DNA of 49,784 nucleotides from a virus (Duplodnaviria; Heunggongvirae; Uroviricota; Caudoviricetes): IMG/VR virus record IMGVR_UViG_2879736954_000010; one strand, 5' to 3'. Shown piece by piece: positions 41,561 to 49,784 of this stretch (position 1 is its first letter; each line of letters starts with the position of its first letter). The notes under the pieces were generated by a model. It saw only the letters and a program-made list of their open reading frames with translations, ran no database searches and was not told where the DNA came from. The position numbers and the translations under genes were made by a program.

Positions 41561-42502
41561 ATGATTACTTTTGATCAGGCAACCGTTGACAGCTCTGGTG
41601 CCTTTCTCATCGGGGAGCTGGAGAGACTCGACCAGACGCTGAACCTGCCACTGGTGGGGTACACCTGGAGCCGCGATATTCAACTGCGTGAAGACGCCTC
41701 CATCGCAGATGACATTTCCAGCTGGACGAATACCAGCTTCGCCGCTGCGGGTACTGGCGCAAATCCGAATGGAAAAAACTGGGTAGGCAAAGACTCAACC
41801 GCTATTGCTGGCGTGAACGTGGATATCGGCAAATCCGGTAACCCGCTGAACCTGTGGGGGATGGAACTTGGCTGGACGGTCATAGAATTGCAGGCTGCTC
41901 AGCAGGTCGGCCGCCCGATTGATACGCAGAAGTATGACGGTATGCAACTGAAATGGCAGATGGATAACGATGAACAGGTATATGTTGGCGATTCCGCATT
42001 AAACCTGAAAGGCCTTGTTACCCTGGACGGCGTGCCTGTCAACAACGCTGCCAAAACGTGGGCAACCTCAACACCGGACGAAATCCGCGCAAGCATTAAC
42101 CAGGTGCTGTCTGATGCGTGGGCCGCTTCTGGTTACTCTGTGGTTCCGCGTGATTTGCTGATCCCGCCTGAGCAGTTTGCTCTGTTGTCCAGCATCATCG
42201 TTTCATCTGCAGGTAACCAGTCCCTGTTGACGAACCTTCAGACCAACACCATCAGCTATCACCAGAACGGTGTTCCGCTGAATATCCGCGCGGTTAAATG
42301 GCTGAAAGGCCGTGGTGTGGGGAATAAGGATCGCATAGTTGCGTACACCAACGATAAAAAATACGTCCGCTACCCGCTGGTTCCGCTTCAGAGCGTGCCG
42401 GTGCAGTATCGCGGTCTGTATCAGATCGTCACTTACTACGGCAAGCTGGGTGCAGTCGAGCCAGTGTACAAAGAAACCATTTCGTACGTTGATGGCATTT
42501 AA
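41561..42502 (+). CDS. Putative major capsid protein (313 aa)
   Basis: Position and size within the head module; family assignment from memory only. Confidence 0.6.
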   Translation: MITFDQATVDSSGAFLIGELERLDQTLNLPLVGYTWSRDIQLREDASIADDISSWTNTSFAAAGTGANPNGKNWVGKDSTAIAGVNVDIGKSGNPLNLWGMELGWTVIELQAAQQVGRPIDTQKYDGMQLKWQMDNDEQVYVGDSALNLKGLVTLDGVPVNNAAKTWATSTPDEIRASINQVLSDAWAASGYSVVPRDLLIPPEQFALLSSIIVSSAGNQSLLTNLQTNTISYHQNGVPLNIRAVKWLKGRGVGNKDRIVAYTNDKKYVRYPLVPLQSVPVQYRGLYQIVTYYGKLGAVEPVYKETISYVDGI

Positions 42503-42543
42503 CAGCCACATGGCCCCCTGGCGGGGCCATTAAGGATGACCCG

Positions 42544-42742
42544 ATGGCAAAAAATGATGCAGTAATACACGTACATACCCCGTTTGTGCTCACGCTTCCC
42601 GACGGTTCTCGGCGCGAGTTTGTTAAAGGCCGTCATGTTGTGGAGGAAGACGTTGCCACGCACTGGTTCACTCGTGCGCACGCGGAAGTATCCGTTGGCA
42701 AAGCCACAGACGCGCGTAACGAGGTAAAAAATGCCAAAGAAT
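42544..42742 (+). pseudogene. Small head-completion-region ORF, 3'-truncated by IS600
   Basis: ORF runs into the IS600 left end at 42743. Confidence 0.3.
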
Positions 42743-42785
42743 TGAGGTGTACTGGCAATAGCGGACACTACCATTTGTTCTTTTT

Positions 42786-43604
42786 TTAAGCAGCCATCTG
42801 ATGATATTTTTCCCTGAAGGCTGCCGGGGAGATATTCCCCAGACGAGAGTGACGACGCTGACGATTGTAGAAAATCTCAATGTATTCCCGTATTACTGAG
42901 ATGGCTTCATCCCGGTTATTAAAACGATAGTGGCTCAGGCTCTCATTTTTCAGCGTTCCCCAGAAGCTTTCCATCGGAGCGTTGTCGTAACAGTTACCTT
43001 TACGCGACATTGATGTTTTCAGACCAGACTGCTCCTGTATGACCCGGTAATCGTATGCGCAGTACTGTGAACCTCGATCAGAGTGGTGGATTAGCCCGGC
43101 AGGTGGGCGCTGGCTCCTGAGCGCCATAAACAGGGCTTTACCTGTCAGCTCTTTTGTCATGCGCTCTCCCATGGCGTAGCCGACAATTTCGCACGTATAA
43201 ACATCTTTGATGCCAGCGAGGTACAACCATCCCTCCTGTGTGGCAACATACGTCAGGTCCGCCACCCAGACCTGATTTGGTGCTGTAGGAGCGAACGTCT
43301 GGTTCAGCAGATTTGGCGCAACTGGCAGATTGTGGTTCGGGTTCGTAGTCGCTCTGAACTTGCGTTTCTGCTTACAGCGTAGCCTCAGCTCCTTACGAAG
43401 ACATGCCAGTCGGTCACGACCAACGATGATGCCATTCTCTGCCAGCTCCGTCTGGAGCCGCCGGGTTCCATATGTTTCGCGAGTGCGGATATGTGCCACC
43501 TTAATCTCCAGTTTTAGCCGCTCATCACTTTGTTTTCTGTCTGAGGGTTCATGCTGTACCCAGTTGTAATAACCGCTCCTGGATACACCAAATACCTGAC
43601 ACAT
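42786..43604 (-). CDS. IS600 transposase OrfB
   Basis: Identical protein to copy 1 OrfB. Confidence 0.85.
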   Translation of the reverse strand: MCQVFGVSRSGYYNWVQHEPSDRKQSDERLKLEIKVAHIRTRETYGTRRLQTELAENGIIVGRDRLACLRKELRLRCKQKRKFRATTNPNHNLPVAPNLLNQTFAPTAPNQVWVADLTYVATQEGWLYLAGIKDVYTCEIVGYAMGERMTKELTGKALFMALRSQRPPAGLIHHSDRGSQYCAYDYRVIQEQSGLKTSMSRKGNCYDNAPMESFWGTLKNESLSHYRFNNRDEAISVIREYIEIFYNRQRRHSRLGNISPAAFREKYHQMAA

Positions 43605-43639
43605 CGCTTCAATGGGAAATTGTTGTCGCCATTGTTCGA

Positions 43640-43942
43640 TTAACGCGTATTTTTCAGCGACTCCTGTGCAAAATACGCTGTTGCTTTTTTTAATATATCG
43701 CGCTCAAGGCGAGCTTCATTTAACGCCTTACGCAGTTGCAGAATTTCAGATTCCAGTTCAGCCACCGTGCGGGAACCAGGAGTACCGAGCCCTTTTCTGG
43801 CGGCGGTAACCCATTGTCCTAAAGTGCCTTCAGGAAGGGATAATCGGGAAGCGCCTTCACTGATCGAAAGTTGATTTTCAAGAACCGTTCTGACAGCTTC
43901 GGCTTTGAACTCTTTAGAGTAACGTTGGGTTTTTCTGCTCAT
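43640..43942 (-). CDS. IS600 OrfA
   Basis: One substitution relative to copy 1 OrfA. Confidence 0.85.
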   Translation of the reverse strand: MSRKTQRYSKEFKAEAVRTVLENQLSISEGASRLSLPEGTLGQWVTAARKGLGTPGSRTVAELESEILQLRKALNEARLERDILKKATAYFAQESLKNTR

Positions 43943-44006
43943 TATTAGCTCCTTCTGATGCCATTCTATTTCAGGAAGGAGTGTCCGTTAAACTCAGGCT
44001 ATCTCA

Positions 44007-45638
44007 ATAAACCGTGCTGTGTAACTGCTGTGGATCAAATCTGACCACAACTTTTTTCACTCCGGCATTCATTAATGCCATGTTGTAATAAACGTTTTTC
44101 GCGCCTTTAAGGGAGCCGCCAACTTTAAGCGTAAACTCGCCTTTGCGTGAAACGTTCACCGCCTCGGCAGGCAGTAACAGCATCCGTTTTTGTTCTTCGG
44201 TTGGCTTACGCACAATCGTTCTGGCGTATTCACGCTCGAAAACATCATCAAACGAGAGTTTGCCCCCGCACATTTCTGTTTCACGGCCTGTTCTGGCATT
44301 GAACATCGCCACACCTTCGGCAAAGGTTTTCAGAAACAGCTCTGCATCAACAGCGTGGTCGCCATAGTTATCAGGTTTTGCCTGCGGATTTGGCCCCGTA
44401 TATGCGCCAGCCAGTGCCGGATGCTTATCAACGTATTCCTCAAGCCCACCAACACCGAAAGCACGTTCAACAGGTTTTGCCTGGCCCCAGCCTTTACCGG
44501 CAACAACGCTTGTCCAGTGCATTTTCGCACCCATCAGTAAAAACAGTCCTTTTGGATCGTCCTCTTTTACCTTAAAGCGGTAGCGATTGGGCGCGCCTCC
44601 CGTCAGCCATTTATTCGCAGCACCACGGGTGTTATCAATGGTGATGTGAAAATCCTCCGGGATACTGTAGCGAGTCACAACATCCATGAACGAGAGGCGA
44701 ATTGAATCAATGTTCTCGCTCACATCGCAGCGCCAGCCCAGAATTTTTCGGGTTTTCACATCCTGCCAGAACCATGTTTTCGGACGGATCACATCACCGT
44801 TAAACCAGCGTACAAAGACGTTATGCAGATAACCGTCGCCGTTGATCCACTGCATGGCGTCCAGGTGTTCCACAGTTCGCTGCTGTGCCGGTATCAGATG
44901 CATCAGTGCATGTTCACCTTCACGACAGGCAACAACCATTGCCTCGTCCAGTTGCTGAATCCGGCGAAAGGCCGTGGCACGGGAGGGAATACTCCAGCCA
45001 TGCTCGCGGGCTGCCAGTTCCAGACGCTCATAACATTTGCGGAAGGCGGGTTTTTCCGGTCGCAGATAATCTGCAATCAGAAACTGCCAGGCATCCTCGT
45101 CAAATTCACTTTTGTGAACATTGCGACGGGATGCTCCACGTCCATCAACAAGTGCAGCCGCCCAGTCAGGCTTCGCAAACTTCTGTACCTGGTAATACTT
45201 GTCCCGCAAAGTGGATGCGCTGACCTGGTAATGCCCTGCAACGGTCGCAAAAGCCGTTTTCGTTGAAATCCCCTGGTTCAGCATTTCGTCTGTGGCCTGA
45301 ATTGAGGGCAACCATTTTTCAGCCAGGCTGCGCTGGGAATCGCTGGCTTTATCCCATTTGCTCCATAGTGCCTCACGATCATAATCATGAGCTTCCAGCG
45401 TGGGGCGGGCGATTTCAAAACATCCCTGACTGGTTTTAAATTTTCCTTGTTGGAGCAAAACTTCAGCTCGAGCAATGTTAGGAAGAGAAGATATATGGTA
45501 TTCGTAAGCAACCCCTCTAATTCCTTCTCTTCTTCTCTTGAGCCATCCTTCTCTCTGAGCTCTTTTGTGAACCCCCATTAATGAACCAGGTAAACCAGAT
45601 AAACCCATGCATTCAATTGCTGATATCCACTCTCTCAT
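44007..45638 (-). pseudogene. A: Mu/D108-like transposase A, truncated after codon 544 by IS600
   Basis: Residues ~80-544 are near-identical to MuA as I recall it (...[36 protein letters not shown]...[16 protein letters not shown]); the N-terminal ~80 aa differ from Mu (D108-like operator-binding domain); stop codon supplied by the IS600 terminus. Confidence 0.9.
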
Positions 45639-45849
45639 TGTGATCCCTTAGATATCTACTAGGCCAAATTTCCTCAGGTTTCATGTTTAAGGCGTCAGCA
45701 ATAATGCGTTCACCTTTAGGCCATGGCCTGACTAATGCATTTGCAAGCGTCCCGGTTGAATAACCTGAACGTCTGGACAATTTTGCCAGAGGGGTTCCTG
45801 TTTTTTTGAGGGCCGCAATCACGTCGGCCCGATGCCAATCGTTACTCAT
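45613..45849 (-). CDS. ner: Ner-like DNA-binding regulator
   Basis: ...[63 protein letters not shown]... parallels Mu Ner. Confidence 0.75.
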
Positions 45850-46020
45850 CTTTCGCACACCAACCATATTGCGTATGATAAAGGGTTACCAAAACAAATA
45901 ATTCGTCTTGATTATCTGTTTTATACATTACCAAATAAACCAAACCGGTTTATATCAGTTAATGTGGTTTATTTTGTAATCCATTGATTTTTATATAGAT
46001 AAATCTGGTAAACTTAGTTT

Positions 46021-46530
46021 ATGAAAAGCGCAAATGAGATAAACCAGTGGATGACACCCAAACAAATTACTGAACTGGATGGAATGCCTGGGACAATACA
46101 GGGGGTGCATAAACGAGCAAAGAAAGAAGGATGGCCGAAGCGTTCACAAGAAGGGCGTCGCGGGCCTGGGGTTGAATATATCCCGGCAATACCGGCTATG
46201 CAAAAAATTGCTATCGAAGAAATGAATGCTGATACATTGAAAATGTTCTCCCTGTTAATCAATAAACTAGGAGAAAATGAAGTCCGAGAGATAGAGCTAA
46301 ACATGGCTAAATATGGGCTTTCCGGATTAATGCAAGAACGCCCCTCCATCTCCGTTGACACCCTATTGGCAACGCTGGGTATTGATCGCCAAACACTACA
46401 AACAGCTTTGGCGCTGCATAAATTACCTCCAGAAACTCGCCAAGAGATTTTGTCAATGTATGGTGTTCATAAACAGGAAGAGCCTGTAGCTCCTTTGTTG
46501 GAACCACAAGATGCGAAAAAAGCCGTATAA
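46021..46530 (+). CDS. c: Mu-type c repressor (169 aa)
   Basis: C-terminal ...LPPETRQEILSMYGVHKQEEPVAPLLEPQDAKKAV parallels Mu repressor; transcribed toward the Mu left end. Confidence 0.75.
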   Translation: MKSANEINQWMTPKQITELDGMPGTIQGVHKRAKKEGWPKRSQEGRRGPGVEYIPAIPAMQKIAIEEMNADTLKMFSLLINKLGENEVREIELNMAKYGLSGLMQERPSISVDTLLATLGIDRQTLQTALALHKLPPETRQEILSMYGVHKQEEPVAPLLEPQDAKKAV

Positions 46531-46867
46531 CAACCATGAGCCAGCTAAAACATACTTCACCTCACATAATCACACATGTAACATACCTAAACGGCATGAG
46601 CTGATTTGTGATATGAGTCATTTGATGACAGCCTGGTTGTTATCGGTTTTGAACGTTTTTTGAAGCTATGATTGAAATGATTTATAGTGTTTTTGTTTTT
46701 CGTTTTTTCAATGAAACAAAAGCAATTTTTTACTATCTTTCGCGTTTCATTGGTTAACGCCTAAAATTTGTACTACAGGCTTGCAAGCCCCACCAAATCT
46801 AATCCCATCAGATCCCGAATAATCCAATGTTCTCCCGGTTTTTTCGTACTTCAAGTGAATCAATACA
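46531..46867 (-). other. Mu/D108-like left end (attL and operator region); terminus at 46867
   Basis: Reverse complement of 46830-46867 reads TGTATTGATTCACTTGAAGTACGAAAAAACCGGGAGA, the canonical Mu left-end sequence. Confidence 0.8.
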
Positions 46868-47209
46868 CTGGGGCAAACGCTAACCCGTTTCCGCCAGCGT
46901 AAACATATGCTGGAAAGTATTGATAGCGCCAGCCAGAAGCAAATTGATGAGATGTTTAATGCCTATGCTCGCGGTGAACCCAAAGACGAACTGCCGACCG
47001 GCATTGACCCCTTGACGCTAAACGCGGTGCGAAAACTGTTTAAAGAGCCTGGTGTGCAACATACGGCAGAAACGGTGGCGCAGGCACTGACCATCAGCCG
47101 CACCACTGCCAGGCGTTATCTTGAATATTGCGCCAGCCGCCATCTGATTATTGCTGAAATTGTTCACGGCAAAGTTGGCAGACCACAACGCATATACCAC
47201 AGTGGGTGA
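46868..47209 (+). pseudogene. dpiA: dpiA (citB) response regulator, 3' fragment only (5' part displaced by Mu-like insertion)
   Basis: C-terminal HTH region ...TISRTTARRYLEYCASRHLIIAEIVHGKVGRPQRIYHSG; convergent with dcuC as in E. coli. Confidence 0.65.
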
Positions 47210-47218
47210 CATGATAAA

Positions 47219-47241
47219 GCCGGAGGAAACTTGCCTCCGGC
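47219..47241. terminator. Bidirectional rho-independent terminator between convergent dpiA and dcuC
   Basis: Perfect stem gccggagg/cctccggc with 7-nt loop, flanked by T-rich (plus) and A-rich (minus) sequence. Confidence 0.5.
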
Positions 47242-47249
47242 ATTACTAT

Positions 47250-48635
47250 TTACTTGCCTGTGACCGCTGCTGCCGTTCCTGGCACCATCAGCTCTGTAGC
47301 AACGATAACAATCACTAGCCCAACAAGCACCGGCACCGAGGTGCGTTTTACGACTTCAAATGGTGAGATTTTCGCCATCCCGGCAACCGCAACGACTACG
47401 CCAGAAACGGGTGATAGGGTACGACCCAGGTTTGACGCCTGCAGCATCGGGATAGTCAAATACGCCGGGTTAATGCCGGAAGAGTGCGCCAGTTTCGGGA
47501 TCATCTCAACAAACGCATAAAACGGCGCATTGCCTGAACCGGTCGTGACTGCCGCCAGCATGGTCAGAATCACCAATACCAGCATCAGGATGATACTCGC
47601 CGAACCAAACGAGGTAGCGATAGAAATCAGACTTTGAATAAAGCCGATGGTGCTAAGCCCCTGAGCGAATACCCCAGCGGCAACCAGCAGCATCACCACG
47701 TTAGCAAACGCATCTGCCATCCCGCGATAAGCCACTTCCAGACCAGAGAAAACTTTCTGGGTATTAAAGCTGCGGAGGAACTCCAGAATGGAGGCAATCA
47801 GCATACAAATCACCAGAATAGTGATGATGTGTAATTGCGGACCCCATTTACCGTCAAAAATCAGTACACCGATGATCGGCGTGAACGGCAAAATGGCATA
47901 AAACGCGGGGGCAGTGGTGGTGATTTCACTGACATCTAACATTTCATGAGAGATGTGCTCTTTTTTATCCAGATAACGTTGCCAGAAGAAGTGGGCGATC
48001 GCCATGCCGATAATTGCAGCAATTGAGATAGGCAGCGTCGTTTTGAAGGCGAAGTCAATCAGCGACATTTCGGAAGCCTGCGCCGCCAGCACCACATCCC
48101 CTGAAGTCGGTGCGAGAATAATCGCCGCCGGGGAGGCACAAATGGCAGCTGCTGCGCCACGACTGATACCAACGTTTACCATCACCGGAAACAGGGTTGC
48201 CATCAGCAAAACCCCCAGACCGGTTGCGGAAGAGACGGCCAGTGACATCAGACAAGCAACAAAATAGGCGGCAATCATCAGCAGGTAAGGGGAGTTAATA
48301 TACTGCAATGGTTTTGACGCCAGCTTGACCACCATATCATTCGCGCCGATATGGGTCATGTAAGCGGCAAAGCCACACAGCATCATAATCATCATGCCGA
48401 GGTCGCCGCCGCGGCTCATTAGTAATATTTTAACGTATTCAACGATATCCGTGGCGCTGTAGCCTGTTGAAGCCTGGCTGGACGGTAACACTTTGTGCCC
48501 CATAATGGCACTGATAATCAGCAATAACAGGCCACCGACAAATAACACACCAGTGGCGGAATACCCTTTAATGATGTAGCGAGCCACACCCACAATAACC
48601 ACAACCCCAATAAGGAGTTCAATGAATGTCAGCAT
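47250..48635 (-). CDS. dcuC: Anaerobic C4-dicarboxylate transporter DcuC
   Basis: Polytopic membrane protein; start chosen at MLTFIELLIGVVVIVGVARYIIKG (461 aa), matching E. coli DcuC. Confidence 0.9.
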   Translation of the reverse strand: MLTFIELLIGVVVIVGVARYIIKGYSATGVLFVGGLLLLIISAIMGHKVLPSSQASTGYSATDIVEYVKILLMSRGGDLGMMIMMLCGFAAYMTHIGANDMVVKLASKPLQYINSPYLLMIAAYFVACLMSLAVSSATGLGVLLMATLFPVMVNVGISRGAAAAICASPAAIILAPTSGDVVLAAQASEMSLIDFAFKTTLPISIAAIIGMAIAHFFWQRYLDKKEHISHEMLDVSEITTTAPAFYAILPFTPIIGVLIFDGKWGPQLHIITILVICMLIASILEFLRSFNTQKVFSGLEVAYRGMADAFANVVMLLVAAGVFAQGLSTIGFIQSLISIATSFGSASIILMLVLVILTMLAAVTTGSGNAPFYAFVEMIPKLAHSSGINPAYLTIPMLQASNLGRTLSPVSGVVVAVAGMAKISPFEVVKRTSVPVLVGLVIVIVATELMVPGTAAAVTGK

Positions 48636-49226
48636 AATTTTTCCTGTCTCCAGGCCCAAAGTAAATAATAAAAACTTCCTAAAGCTTAAGGAAAAAATAT
48701 GCCCAATAAATTGGCGATGAATGCTGATTAAAATCAAGAAAAACTGCCATTAAGACATTGAAGTTGCTGTTTTTATACATAGATAACAAAACGCATATTT
48801 AGCGGTTGGCAATTATCACATAATAATGTGTGTAAATTGATGGTGGATTGATGCAAATTTGTTAATTGCAATGGTGTTAGCTGCGGCTGTGCGCTCAAAA
48901 AATAATCTAATATGAGCATGGGTTGACGATATATATTATATACTTCGTTAAGATGATTGTTGTATCTCGTTAAAAAAATAAAATAATTTTTCCTTGATTG
49001 CATTTTGTCATCAAAAAAGACTTGGTTTTTCTTTTTTGACTATTCCCATCGCAGAAAACGACGCATCATCTTTAATCGATGCGCGGAAATATTTAACTTG
49101 AACAAGCGGAAATAAATAGAGCAGCTATTCAGATTATTCTTTATGTTGGGTCTATTAAGGTTATGTTAATTGTAGCTTTGCTATGCTAGTAGTAGATTTT
49201 TGATAAATGTTTTATGGTCACAAATG

Positions 49227-49784
49227 AACGTGAGTAAATATGTCGCTATCTTTTCCTTTGTTTTTATTCAGTTAATCAGCGTTGGTAAAGTTTTTGCTAA
49301 CGCAGATGAGAGGATGACAACGTTTAGAGAAAATATTGCACAAACCTGGCAACAGCCTGAACATTATGATTTATATATTCCTGCCATCACCTGGCATGCA
49401 CGTTTCGCTTACGACAAAGAAAAAACCGATCGCTATAACGAGCGACCGTGGGGTGGCGGTTTTGGCCTGTCGCGTTGGGATGAAAAAGGAAACTGGCATG
49501 GCCTGTATGCCATGGCATTTAAGGACTCGTGGAACAAATGGGAACCGATTGCCGGATACGGATGGGAAAGTACCTGGCGACCGCTGGCGGATGAAAATTT
49601 TCATTTAGGTCTGGGATTCACCGCTGGCGTAACGGCACGCGATAACTGGAATTACATCCCTCTCCCGGTTCTACTGCCATTGGCCTCCGTGGGTTATGGC
49701 CCAGTGACTTTTCAGATGACCTACATTCCGGGTACCTACAACAATGGCAATGTGTACTTTGCCTGGATGCGCTTTCAGTTTTGA
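49227..49784 (+). CDS. pagP: Lipid A palmitoyltransferase PagP (outer membrane beta-barrel)
   Basis: [25 protein letters not shown] signal, ...[37 protein letters not shown]...YFAWMRFQF; complete, 186 aa. Confidence 0.9.
   Translation, partial: NVSKYVAIFSFVFIQLISVGKVFANADERMTTFRENIAQTWQQPEHYDLYIPAITWHARFAYDKEKTDRYNERPWGGGFGLSRWDEKGNWHGLYAMAFKDSWNKWEPIAGYGWESTWRPLADENFHLGLGFTAGVTARDNWNYIPLPVLLPLASVGYGPVTFQMTYIPGTYNNGNVYFAWMRFQF

Larger units (their letters stand above)
42743..44006 (-). mobile_element. IS600 (IS3 family), copy 2, 1264 bp
   Basis: Same termini and ORFs as copy 1, same orientation; a few substitutions between copies (e.g. OrfA RTVAELE vs RTLAELE). Confidence 0.85.

Noticed and set aside
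47250-48737. Extended 495-aa form of DcuC
   Set aside because: The extra 34 N-terminal codons precede the conserved MLTFIELL start and are probably untranslated upstream sequence; the 461-aa form is annotated instead.

Overview
This window reads as Enterobacteriaceae chromosome, most likely Shigella or enteroinvasive E. coli, in which three degraded prophages and four IS copies are stacked between two host loci that are normally far apart. No novel multi-gene system (defence island, CRISPR, toxin cluster) is supportable from the sequence; the most interesting content is a prophage-borne ipaH effector with an upstream MxiE-box-like motif and a few unassigned phage cargo ORFs.

Layout, left to right:
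- 1-477: ybhB (bio-locus side), followed by a lambda-type attachment core (568-582) and P-arm.
- 771-2823: an IS256-family transposase fragment, then an ipaH-family E3-ligase effector.
- 3003-24864: a near-complete lambda-like morphogenesis module on the minus strand (stf-like, lom, J, I, K, L, M, H, G/T, V, U, Z, FII, FI, E, D, C/Nu3, B, W, A, Nu1'). Portal gene B is frameshifted and Nu1 is 5'-truncated.
- 24865-26128: IS600 copy 1, replacing the cos junction.
- 26129-31965: the same phage's lysis and replication module (Rz', Rz1, SAR endolysin, unknown ORF, S21-type pinholin, four tRNAs, Q, ninH, DnaB-like, DnaC-like).
- 31986-33234: IS911.
- 33244-42742: a second, unrelated prophage remnant (Rz/Rz1 3' part, membrane protein, terS, terL split by IS2 and a frameshift, portal, MuF-like, scaffold, major capsid).
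- 42743-44006: IS600 copy 2.
- 44007-46867: a Mu/D108-like left end (c repressor, ner, transposase A cut at codon 544) inserted into dpiA.
- 46868-49784: dpiA', dcuC, pagP.

All three prophages look non-inducible. All identifications rest on reading the translations and DNA motifs by eye; no database search was run.
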